Of a stretch of 64,000 nt of DNA, positions 25,039 through 37,610 are shown piece after piece. The position numbers were made by a program, and so were the translations under genes. Each line of letters opens with the position of its first letter. The stretch's first letter is position 1. The stretch spans positions 3,743,245-3,807,244 of the forward strand of contig NC_068988.1 in the NCBI RefSeq assembly GCF_001194135.2. The letters are read 5' to 3'. This stretch comes from Octopus bimaculoides. Its lineage: Eukaryota. Below the pieces are notes generated by a model that was not told the DNA's origin, did no database searches, and saw only the letters and a program-made list of their open reading frames with translations.

Positions 25039-28000
25039 CATTATTATTATTATTATTTTCCCCTCTAGCAGCAGATGGATTTAGATAAAATATATGTTTA
25101 TCTTGCAAATATTGATATGTTAGAAGAATTCTAGTGCAAAGAAAAAAAAAATGAAAGAAGACATTGTAAACATCTTTTTTGATTCTGCTGCTAAATATAT
25201 TTGAGAGGCTGAAGACTAAAACATAAAATAATTTGAATTTATTCCATTGTAAGTGTTGCCTGTTTAATATTGAGTTCATTCATTTCCAATCAATTTACGA
25301 TCATTTAGGAAAATGGATACTTGTGGATTGATCTATCAACCTTTGCTATAATTCTTCAATGTTATCCAACTTGCTAAATTTCGGTTTGGAATAGTTACAC
25401 TTTATGCTTATTGAACTTTGCCTATAAATGTAGGATATTAATCAGATGAAAATTATACACTTCCAATTGAAAAATTGTAAAGCAATTCTGTATGTCAACA
25501 GTATGAAGATAAAATCTTGGTTCTGGAATTGCTCTTATCATAATCATAAAAATGCACCAATCTCTAGATTTGTCTGACAAAAGGGTGGGTAAGAAAATAA
25601 CAATAAGCATAAGAAGAAAAAAAAAATTTAGACATATATTTTATTTGTATTGCAAGCAAAAGTATTGAACTTGAACAACTTACAGAATAAACAATTTAAA
25701 GTACATTTCTTTTTCTCATATTTAATATATCCTTGTTAATATTAAGTGACTTACTGAGAATTGAGTGGGAAATATGGCAAGGAACCAAAATCTGCAAAAG
25801 AAAATATGAAGGCCAATAAGTTAATTAATAACTATGATATGAGAAAAACCTTTAGAAATCAAAATTTGGCTTTAGTGTATAGAAACGATGAATACATGGA
25901 TTAATAAATAATGTAGCTAATTAACTAAAGTAGATGAAACTGAAATATATACAGAATCTAATTTATAGATTTCATTTTCTCTGCAGTTAGGGGTCAGTAT
26001 TTTAGAGAACCATTCGGTAAATCTGCAACATATATGGCAATTGTCTGGTTATAAGACATATTGTAGAATATATGGTAAGTGAGAGTGGAGAGATAGTTTA
26101 TGTTATTGAAGGAGAGAAGACTAATAGAAGTAGTTGATGGGGGGGGGCATTGATGAGAATGACAGAAACAAGATTAGAATGTTTGGCATTTACCACAACA
26201 ACAGCATCAACAACACAATATAAAATCAAGCAACACCACAACCGAAACAGACACACTTTAGTTCTCTTCCTATAAAGAAAATATATACTTACATATTATC
26301 ACCATTACTTTTGTTCTTATTGTTTATTAGTTTTATTTGTTATATATTTTATCATTTGTATTTAACATTTTAACTCTTGAGGCTAAAAGCTAAATGAAGT
26401 TGGTTGATTCTCATTGCAATAAAGATTTATTTTACTTTGTATAATGCTAAATGGAATTTCTCATGTCCATTGAAAGGAATACACCAAGATGCCAAACAAA
26501 GAGTGAAACAAATTTGAAGTATTAACAGGCAAAAGAAGTACCACTAAAATGGTGTGAATATGTTAAATAGCCAGAAAAATTTGCTTCAGGTACCACTAAA
26601 ATGGTGTCAGTGTGAATAGAACCTGGCTAGTGTCAGATTTAAGGATCACCAAAGGGTGTAAATATGAATGTATTACATAGAGAGAGTCATTTAGATTAAA
26701 ATACCACAGAACATTGTAGATATGAAGAAAGTAAGATAGTTTCTGTTGATGTCAGTTCTCTAATATTGTACAATTCTATAAATTTGGTTGAACACAGAAG
26801 GTCAAACCAACACCATACAACATATACACAGAGAAAGATGAAAGCCTTGAGGAATTTAAGGAACTCAAACCTGCTGGGACTTAACACATAAAATAAAATT
26901 CTCTAATTTTCTTTAATTATTTTACTCTTTTCAATCATTGAACATTGGCCATGCTGGGGCACTGCCTTGAAGGGTTTAGGTGAACAAATTGATTCCAGTA
27001 CTCATTTTAAACCTGGTATTTATTTTATTGGTTTCTTTTTCCTGAACCATTAAGTTACTGGGATGTAAACAAACTTATACCAGTTGTGAAGCAGTGATGG
27101 AAAGGAAACACACACACTTTATAAGATGGGCTTCCACACAGTTTCCATCTACCAAACTTATAAGGCATTGGTTGGCCCATAGTACAAAGAAGATACTTAG
27201 CTAAGGAGCCGCCCATTGAGACAGAACCTGAAAGCATGGTTTTGGGAAGCAAACTTTTTAACCTGCAAATAACATTTCTAGAGCTTACATCTATTTCCAG
27301 CAACCAGGTGAGGCAAAGCATCTGGAATTAATTCTTCCATTCATACATAACAAAATACCTGCAAGAAGACTCAAACCATGGACAGGTTGCTAGTTAAATA
27401 TGCTATTCATTTCCTTAATTTGCTGTGATATTGCACTCATCATTTATGTTTTTACATTGTATACAATGTTTTTACATTAACAATGATTTCTTTTGACTTA
27501 GTAGAAAACCAATTTTGTAGACAAGTGAACAAAGTTGATTGTATTAACCAGAATATGTCTGGTATTGTATTGATGTCACACTACGTTAACCCAGGGGAAA
27601 TTTTAACAGCTGTGTTTACATGAATGGTAGGCAGATTCAGCTAATAATGTGGTCACCTCGTTTTGTAGCTAAATATCAGTTATGTCTCCTTAAATAATGT
27701 TTATGACTTCAGCCATTGTTATTTATATATTTAAGGAAACCAACAGCATAAAGCAAAAATACTACAACTACAATAAATTCTAGCTTTGCTTCTTCACTTT
27801 TACTTATAAATGAGTGAGAGAGCAAAAGTTCAGGTCATTGTTCATAAACTGAGTTTATCACTCAAAACCAGAATCGTATTCAACAACTGATCCTTGAAAT
27901 AACAACCATGTATCCGTCTTGATTTAGTTTTCCTTTCCTGCTAATTTTACATTTAGTGTTATTACAATACATCCAGCTTTCTCTTGTCTTTCTCTCCTTC

Positions 28001-28759
28001 ACTTAATTTCCTTCCCCAATTCTGCAAACTGTGACAGCTTCCCCCAACAGACATCAATTATTGATTGACATTTTCACTGACTGAACATTCATCTTTCTCT
28101 TTAACTTAAAACCACTCTTAACAACATCAAATTTCTAAAGTGACAGAATTGTTACTCTTTTTAAAACAAATTCTATCACTTGAAATTTAAACTTTGCACT
28201 GTAAGCAATATGTCTCATTTATCACATCTCTGCTTTTATCATGATTCAGCATCCTAAAGATGTTTTCCCCACTGGCATACATCGGTAACATGACTTCCAC
28301 TTCTAAAACTGCAATCTTATCAGTAGAATAATTACTTTTCACCAACCAGGTGTAAAACACAACACCATCAGTCTGCTAACCACATTAACGACTGCCCTTA
28401 AAAGCATTCACTAAGGATGCAGAAATTCTGAGCCACAAACTATGAAAGACTGCAAGTGTCTTTAGATGTCGTTGCAACTATCATCTTCAATGTCTTTGTT
28501 TCCACGGGCTTGCAGGTAACCATAGATATATACTTTTGACAATTGAGTATGGTACATTTACTCACCATTCTGACCCAGATTTTTCTGTGTTAAATCTTTT
28601 CTACACACACACAAACAGAAACACACGCACATACCTGCCCACACGTGTGTGTGTGTGTGTGTGTGAGTGTGTGCTTGCTCTCAAAGCCACTCACCTACTG
28701 ATGTGCAAGTACACACCTACTGCTGGATCATATTTATATAAAATTCATATAATTTCTGT

Positions 28760-29047
28760 ATAACCATGAGTAGAATATGGAGATAAGGACAAATGACTGA
28801 GATCTTCAGCGATGTGCCATGCTTGAGTAGAAGATCTATCAAGCCAAATGAAATGAAAGTGCAGACATGGCAGATACTGGGGTCATGCAATTGGCACCCA
28901 TTACACTCTCAAAGTGGTTGGCATTAGGAAGGTCATCCAGCAGTAGAAACCATGCTAAATCAGACTGGGGTCTGGTGCAGCTGGCCAGCCCTGATCAAAC
29001 TGTCCAACCCATGCCAGCATGGACAATGAACGTTAAATGATGATGAT
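28760..29047 (+). mobile_element. Family A element with RTE-type tail
   Basis: ...cacccattacactctcaaagtggttggcattaggaaggtcatccagc...gaacgttaaatgatgatgat. Confidence 0.8.
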
Positions 29048-29912
29048 ATATATATATATATGCACACGTATATGCACAGAAATGTTTGTGAAGAGAGAAA
29101 AATAGATTGTCATCATTGTCATGGACTTTTTTTATTCACTTTGAATTTAAATAGGATTAGTGGTTGGGGCTTAGTGGCTAGATTCATCTCTTGTTATCAG
29201 CCCTTTTTGTTACTTCTTATGACATGCACGTGTATCGTGTACCTATTGTAAAACTGGAAGACACAGCATATTATAAATACATATATGTATGCATATATGT
29301 GTGTGTGTATACATATATGAACATATGTATGCATATATATATATATAAACAGACACACACATGTATTTATGTGTGCATACACAGGCATACACATGTATAA
29401 TTTCTAAATTGTAGGAATTTCAGAAAATTTTATGCAAAATTCTTCAAGTTCAGAATATTTCGGAGCATCAAAATTTAAAATTGAAATAGGATGAATTGCA
29501 AATTTTATTCATGTCTCATTCATTGAAAATATAGTACTTTCAAAATTATTTTTAAGTATAACTGAACATGACAAAATAATTGCTTTACCAAAATTAATTT
29601 ATATCATACTTATTTTGTTTTATTTAATTTGTTTTAATTTGAAAAGTATTTAAGTGTTTTTAACTGAATATATTGCAAAGAATTACCCCAATTTTGCACA
29701 GTTCACCTTGAATTACCATAAATTACAATTCATTAGCATAAATGAAACTCATGGATTGGTAAGCTTTCCTAAACAACGAAATTGTGTTTCCAAAGAAAAT
29801 TTCATGCTCGGATATAAGGATTCTCAGCCAGCTTAAAAAGAAAAAGGAAATTAAATTGTATTTTTAGGCATAAATCCAGTTCTGTTCACGGATGATATGA
29901 ATGAAGAATATT

Positions 29913-30131
29913 CTTATCTACTCTAGGCACGAGGTCCAAAATTTTGGGGAGAGGGTCAGTTAATTAAATCGACCCCAGTATACAACTGGTGCTTAATTTA
30001 TCGACCCCCAAAAGGATGAAAGGCAAAGTCAACTTCAGTGGAATTGGAACTCAGAACGTAAAGACAGACGAAATACTGCTAAGCATTTTACCCGGTCTGC
30101 TAACATTTCTGCCAGATCGCTGCCTTTTAAT
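29913..30131 (-). mobile_element. Family C tRNA-derived SINE with 11-bp target-site duplication
   Basis: TSD tgaagaatatt at 29902-29912 and 30132-30142. Internal aaaggatgaaaggcaaagtc...gaactcagaacgt...ctaagcattt. Confidence 0.85.
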
Positions 30132-30238
30132 TGAAGAATATTACTGATGTCTGAGATACATAAGATATAAGTTGATCTTTCAGGTTGAATTTTGATCTGA
30201 AATTGGGAGAATTAAACAAATAAAACAAATGAAACCAT

Positions 30239-30442
30239 ATTGGTCTGCAATTTTGGCATAAGGCTAGCGAGTTCAGAGGAAGGGGAAAAGTCGATTACAT
30301 CAACGGCAGTATTCAACTGGAACTTATATTATCAATGCCAGAAGGATGAAAGCTAAAGTCAACCACACTGGAATTTGAACTCAGAATATGAAAGCCAAGC
30401 ATTTTGACCAAAGTGCTTATGTTTCTGCTAGTTCACCGCCTT
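30239..30442 (-). mobile_element. Family C SINE with 15-bp target-site duplication
   Basis: TSD aacaaatgaaaccat at 30224-30238 and 30443-30457. Confidence 0.85.
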
Positions 30443-31794
30443 AACAAATGAAACCATTTTACATTGAAGACATCATCAACTGCTTTTTTTAACCATTTTC
30501 ATTACCTTAAGTCTTAGAGTGGCACTGTTGTTGTTATTGTTATTGATAGTTATGAATGTTAATATTTTAATGATAGTCAGTAACCACTGGTCAGTATTTG
30601 AGCCATCGAATGGGCAGTTGCTGCATTACTTCAGTTCTGCAAAACTCACCTTTAAATGACACCCTATAAATTTGACTTGTGGGAATGCATTGGATAATGT
30701 AGTCCTAGATACATAATGTCCAAGAAAAAAACCAGACAGTTACGTTGTAATGTCACTGGACATTGGTCTACTCAATCAAAGCTGATCAAAGACAAAACAA
30801 CAACTGACAGTATTTGTCTATTTAACTTATTTCATTTTGTCATTTATCTTATTTCATTCCAATAAATTGTTTCATTAATTCTGTAAGTGTTACTGACATG
30901 CTGTAATTATTTATGACAGATGCTGTAGTGTTTAATATAACATTCGTAACATATTTGATGAGGGGAGAAGGAATAAGTGTCTCAAGAAAGTCTGAAGGAA
31001 GCAGTTATGGTGTTTACCAGCTCAGAGAAACATGTTATTCCAATGGTAGAAGAAATATTGTTTGGTTGGATTCTGTTGCTAAGATTATTGAAGAAATGTA
31101 AGACTTGCTAAATTAGTGATTCCAAATCTTCAACAAAATACATTTGTATAATCAGTTATTGTTGATTCCAAATTCTCTGTTGCTGGAGTTGACAAGATTT
31201 CTTTCGCAGCAAAGTGCCTTCACAGTAAAGGGCTTCACTAGATTTCCTTCACAGCAAAGGCATCACTATTGCAGGGAGGTTTAGTTTACTCTTATCCAAA
31301 TGGAGACAGTCCCACAAATGGACATAGCACTACCATCAGATTAATTTCTTCAATGCAAACATGGAACTGAACTGCGGCATAACACATATGATGGTTTCAT
31401 GTGACATGTATTTGGTTTGTCGATTCCAAATCTATGGATCTCAGTGAAAACCAATCGAATACAGAGAAATTTTCTGTCATGAGCCTAATATATTTTGCCA
31501 AAATCTGCTGTAGGAGATGAAGAGAAACTGTATACCATCGTGGTTTTTCACATATCTTCTAAATAGTTGTCCAGCTTTTCCTGTAAAGGTAACAACTCTA
31601 CCTTTTCATTGGATCCTTAAAGCCAGGAATTTTTCAGCACCTTTTCTATATTTTTACTTGTTTCAGTCATCTGACTGCGACCAGGCTGGAGCACTACTTT
31701 GAGGTTCTTAATCGAACAATTTAGCACATCTCATAATCAGTTTAATAAGTAAAAAATGACCGCATGGGTAAATAGCTCGGTAAAAGCGTAGCTT

Positions 31795-31842
31795 GTTACT
31801 ATGGAAACAGACATGAATGTGTCTGTTGTTTATGATTGGCTA
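31795..31842. promoter_or_regulatory. Candidate RFX X-box plus inverted CCAAT (NF-Y) module
   Basis: GTTACTATGGAAAC at 31795-31808 fits the X-box consensus GTHNYY-AT-RRNAAC exactly. TGATTGGCTA at 31833-31842. Several CpGs just upstream. No transcript evidence. Confidence 0.35.
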
Positions 31843-34536
31843 AAATTAACCAAAATTTGCAAACTTTAAAAGATATTAACTCTTTTTTTATTGGTTTGTG
31901 GGGAAAATGAATTTCATGTCAATGATTAGAATACAAAACTACATCATTACGCCCAACATGAAATCAATTGGAACAGAAATTGAAGAAACTGTAAAATGAA
32001 CAGCCAAATAGAAAAGATCAGTCCATTTCTTTTACTGTGATGTTTAACCCCAGCTCAACTGGGATGAGTAGATCTTTGGGTAAAGGCTTTCTAGCCATGA
32101 CTATCTCCCCTGTTTCTCAAACATAATGCATTTATGATAATATTATATGATTTTTGTTATAAGTAGGTAGAGTTGAATTTGGAGTAGACTTAGCTGTTAT
32201 TTTCAGCAGGTCAAACAACTTAGATGTTTCTTTCTTGATGTGAATGCTGAATTTCATATATTTGTAAGCGTATGTGTGTGTGTGTATATATAGCTGTTAG
32301 TTTGAGTAAATGTGCATGTATATCAATAGATGGTTATCTATGTGTATGTATGTGTGTGTATCATCATTGAATATTAGTTTTTATTCTTTAGTCGAGCAAA
32401 TTGACTCCAGGACTTATTCTTTGTGAGCCTAGTACTTATTCTATCAGTATCTTTTGCCAAATCGCTAAGTTACGGGGACATAAACACACCAGCATTGGTT
32501 GTTAAGCGATGGTTGGGGGACAAACACAGACACGCACACACACACACANNNNNNNNNNTATGACAGGCTTCTTTTAGTTTCCATCTACCAAATCCACTCA
32601 CAAGGCTTTGGTCAGCCTGAAGCTATAGTAGAAGACACTTGCTCAAGGTGCCATGCAGTGGGACTGAACCCAGAACCATGTGGTTCGTAAGCAAGCTACT
32701 TACCGCACAGCATGTGTGTGTATAGATGTTAGTTTGTATGCAGAAGTTAGCTTGTGTGTGTGCTTGTGTAGAAATTAGTTTTTGAGTGTTTGTGTGTATT
32801 ATTGTATATTGAATGTATGTTTATAATCAGTCACTTTGATATTTCACTTACTCAAACATCATCAACAATGGGAATTTAAAAACAAAGTCGATTCACCTAA
32901 TCTGCAGGATTCTTACGCAGCACAAATCACTACATTAAATTATTTAACAGTTCACACTTCAAATTAGTCCATAATTGAATACACTCATTGACAGATTATT
33001 TATGTAAATGAGACAGTCTGTGTAGATAAACATGAACTATTGTACATTTTGATTTATTATGTATTGTATGCTATATCTAAACTTTTCTATATAAATACAC
33101 TGTTACCTCATATGTACACCAAATTATTATTATTATTATTGTTGTTGTTGCTGTTGTTGTTACTCATAAGATGGCAAGCTGCCAGAGTCATTAGCATGTC
33201 AGGCAAAATGCTTTGTCTGTGGTTGGGAAACTTGCTTCCCAACCATGAGGTCTCAGGTTCAATGCCACTGCATGCCACCTCATGCATATTTATATTTGTA
33301 TATATATTTTTATATATATATATACACGCACATATATGTATGTATATGTGTGAGTGTGTTTGGGTGCGAATACTCAGGTCTTAACATTAGGGAACGGTTG
33401 CAAACAAGCTTTACAGTCATACAGTCTTCACTTTGACATTCAGAGCATTGGGCAGAAATCACATCGCATTTGTACGTTTTTTTTTTTTTCTTGTTTCAAG
33501 TTATCTATGAAAAACATGCTTGGAAACTGGTGAGATTTAGCAGCATGAAGGGCATCTGCCCAATAAAAGCTGCCATGACAACTTTTGTCTGACCCATGCA
33601 AGCATGGACAAGTGGATGTTAAACAATAACGATGATGATGATGATGACCATTAAAGTCTATATATTTTGTGTGCTTATGTCTCCCCATCCAAATCTATAT
33701 CAACATATACATGTATATATATATATATAGCATGTTTTAAGCCAGTTATTTAGGTTTTCCAATGTGACAACCTTGATTCTTTGAATACTGTTTCCAAATA
33801 TTTCCCTTGAAAATAAATTCTGATAATCCAACAAAAGCTGTGTGGAATTTTTATTTGCATCACAACACAAGATTAGGTTGTAAGAGCTGTATGTGATGAT
33901 TAGCATCTTAATTTGAGCAGCACTCAGTGGTATTTGAAGCCTTTCCTAAAATATATGGTAAAGCACTGATATGGCCTTCTCATTCGATGCCATTACGATC
34001 ACTAATGAGATACCTAAATGTAACATATATCAGAAGAGAAGCTAAAGAAGCCATAAGCTGAAAATCCAAATATCTCTTGAGCAGGCTATTACAGACGGAA
34101 TGTAACGAAATTAAAAAGAATCTCTTGAATTTCATTTTCTTTCACATCAATTTGTTGATATGTATGCAAAATGGGCTGAACTCACCAACATGTAAATCTT
34201 AGTCACATCCTTCAGCCTCCTTACAGCATGCATTCTATTTTAGTGCGCAACTAAGGACAGAATGAAAAGCAAAATAGAGATCATTATCACCATCACCGGT
34301 TTTATGACTCCTCGTTGCTATGAGGTGGATGAGTTAGCAACAGCAGAATATTTCCATTTGTCTTCATTTTATGTTGCTAATACTATGAGGCTCAGCTTCT
34401 TAAATCTGATTTTAACCTATATTTCCATATGTTCTCCATCTGCTATTACATTGATTACTACCTGCCCCATTAACCCTTTCTAGTTCTCTCCCCTCACCAT
34501 GTATCAACCTTTTTGTACTGCATATCCTTTGTCCAT

Positions 34537-34900
34537 GGAGGTGCAAATGGCCCAGCGGTTAGGGTAGCAAACTCGCTGTCGTAGGATCGTGATTTCGATT
34601 CCCAGACCAGGCGTTATGAGTGTTAATGAGCAACAACACCTAAAGCTCCACGAGGCCCTGGCAGGGGGTGGTAGAAAACCCTGCTGCACTCTTTCACTGC
34701 AACTTTCTCTCACTCTTTCTTCCTGTTTCTCTTGTACCTGTAATTCAAAGGGCCAGCCTTGTCACACTCTGTATCACGCTGAATCTCCTCTGACAACTGC
34801 TTTAAGGGTACATGTGTCTGTGGAGTGCTCAGCCACTTGCACATTAATTTCACAAGCTGACTGTTCTGGAGCCCTTGCTGTCATAACCAACGGAGTGCCA
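34537..34900 (+). mobile_element. tRNA-derived SINE (family D), older copy
   Basis: Aligns along its length with 43235-43622. A-box tggcccagcgg, B-box-like atttcgattcc. Confidence 0.85.
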
Positions 34901-35940
34901 CGATCCTTTGTCCCCTAGCTGGCACCCCTAATGTTCACCAACCGATACCCCAGACGGTCAGCTGCACAGAGGAAAAAAAATCTCATTAAATATTTGAAAT
35001 ATTCAAACAAATCTGATTTCACAAAATTGTAAAAATAAGACTATTTCACGAAAATAATCCACATGAATATCATTTGTGATGTAAGTAAACTTGAATATGG
35101 TTGTTTAAGAAAACAGAGACAAATGCATAAAAAAGAAAACAACTGTATTTTTTTTTCAACAGAGACATTTGGCTTATGTGATTTAGAAAAAAACATTTTT
35201 CTTGAAAGAAGATATAAAGTTCATTTCAATAACAAAGCCAGTACATAATAAAACAATCTACTTGAGAGATCTCTGAAACTCCACCAAGTCACACATCTTC
35301 CAACTCCATCCATCTTTGTTTCTCTCACTAGTCTCTTCTCTCTTCCATCTTCCCTAATATACTCTATTTACATCTTCTCTTCTTACTTACACTCACTTAT
35401 CCATCTACCTAGAATCCTTTCTTACAGTCTCTTCAATTCTCCTTCAGTTTTAGGTCCTTAACCTTGCAAGTTATAAAGTGTTGTAATCGAAACATCAGAC
35501 TGTTATAACCCCCACTCTGCTATAACAGTGTCGTTAGTTAGACAAGTAAGACATGATTATCGATGACCAACTACTACAACTTCTCGACTGACACTCTCTC
35601 AACTTCCTACATCACAGTATTTGTAATGACTAACACATACCACTCATCACATGGAAGGGGTGTTCCATTATCATTATCCCCACAACATAAAGTGTGTCCC
35701 AACAGTGATAGAATCGTATCTAGCAGTAAAAACAATGCCAAAAGCAAATTTGAAGAATAATGGCGACCTCTGGAAAAAATCATGGTTGCCGAAATATTAG
35801 AAAAAATACTTTTTACAAATTATAAGTTTGATACAGCATCAACCAAATTATGTTAGCCCCAGTCCCTTTTCATATTTATAGGACGTCGTTAAAGAAACAG
35901 AAAGCTGAATAAGAAAAATGGTTTTAATTTACACCAACTG

Positions 35941-36560
35941 GACATAATTACAGAATGGCACCCCCTCTGATTCCAATTTTGTTTCTACATAACTTTCAGA
36001 AAATTGAGAATATTCTAATGAAATTTTCTACAAACACTTTTCGGACAGATTAAAATTATATCAGAATTTAATGACAAAAAATGGGGAGGAAGATATTTCA
36101 AGCATCTCAGTTTGGTTCTCTTCATAAATCTTTGATGAGTTCATTACAATTAAGTTGGAAAAAATCAATTTTAGGGACGATCTACCCTTTTCCAAAAACA
36201 GTTTTTGAAAGAACTCTTTCTATAAATATTATTTTCATTATTTTTCTGCAATCTAAATCTCTCTCTTTTAAACGAACTCAAAAGTGGTCTGTCCTTTGTA
36301 TGACCATTTAGTATGCTAGAAATAGTGGGGATCACAGGGTTGTCAAAAGGGCTAGGGTTACGGTTAGTAATTGTTTTCAACATTCTTGTAATCAAATCAT
36401 CAAAATAATCATTTCCCTCCCCGTTTTTCTGACATTAAATTCCTATATAACCATAATCTAAACTACCTGAAAGTTAACTGCAGAAAATTTCAGTAAAAAC
36501 AAAAAGATTTCCTGAGAGTTATCAGGAAATAAAATCAAGGCATGTGAATTATCCAAAGCT
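35941..36560. mobile_element. Old foldback/MITE-like element with roughly 120-bp inverted arms
   Basis: 35969-36088 is approximately the reverse complement of 36416-36537 (...tcagaatttaatgacaaaaaatggggagg vs cctccccgtttttctgacattaaattcc...). A partial third arm lies at about 36590-36695. Confidence 0.55.
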
Positions 36561-37399
36561 CTTCTCTTCAAAAGCTTTTAAGCACAAATTTCAATTTAAT
36601 CTTAATTTACACTATCTGGAACAAATTTGCAGAAATTTTCATTAATAAATATCCATTTTTTAAAAAGTTATGTGGGAACAAATTTTGATGGAGCAGAGTT
36701 CTGCAGTTATACCATAAATTTACTAAATGAGTGATATGAAATGAATAAAGACTTCAAAGAAAAATTAGACGTAACATATCAGAAAAATTATAGAAATTGG
36801 GAATCCAATGTGTAAATATTATTTAGTGATGAGCAGAAAACTGCCCAGAGTATCCGATACATGTGTCCATCTTATTCTTTCACTTACATTGGTCACTGGA
36901 TTGTGGCCATGATGACATGTTGCCTTGTTGGAGTGGGGTTAGCTGGTCAGACCAATGCCAGTACTAGCACACACACATCAAATTCATCAGATTCTGTCAA
37001 ACTATCCAACTCATGCTAATATGGAAAACAGATGTTAAATGGTGATGATGAAGATGATTGTGATGATATCTATATATATATATATAATGGCGGTGCCCCA
37101 GCATGGCCACAGCTCATGAGCTGAAACTAGATAAAAAATGAAAAATATATATATGTATGTGTGTGTGTGTGTGTGTGTGATCATCAACAGTTCACATATC
37201 TGTAACAGATAATTATAAATCCCAGCCAACATAAAACGCAGCATGGTAATTTATTTATCCAAACAAATTATATCAATGATCAATTGGAGCGGACATGTCT
37301 GTGCATTGGTGTGTATGTGTGTATCTAACAGTGTATATAATGAATGTCTAGTTGGGTGTATAAGTATGTATGTATATGTATAGTATCTATAGTGTATGG

Positions 37400-37589
37400 C
37401 ACGTAAAAAGCACCCACTACACTCTCAAAGTGGTTGACGTTAGGAAGAGCATCCAACTGTAGAAACCTTGCCAGATCAGATTGGAGCCTGATACAGCCTT
37501 CTGGGTTTCCAGCCCTCAGTCAAACCGTCTGACCCATGCCAACATGGAAAGCAGACGTTAAACAACAACACTGACAATGATGATGATGT
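37400..37589 (+). mobile_element. Family A RTE-tail element inserted into the left arm of the RPB1-associated inverted repeat
   Basis: cacgtaaaaagcacccactacactctc...gacgttaaacaacaac...gatgatgatg. Removing it rejoins gacca|ccatacacta, which is contiguous in the right arm at 38607-38621. Confidence 0.85.
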
Positions 37590-37610
37590 TGGTCCTAATT
37601 CTCCATAAGC

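Noticed and set aside
26538-26667. CRISPR array call
   Set aside because: Only two exact 18-bp repeats plus one degenerate copy, no cas genes, eukaryotic context. Kept only as a low-level finding.
37291-37300. p53 half-sites (RRRCATGYYY) at both ends of the RPB1 inverted repeat
   Set aside because: Each is a lone half-site, and the two are copies of one sequence, so they are not independent evidence.
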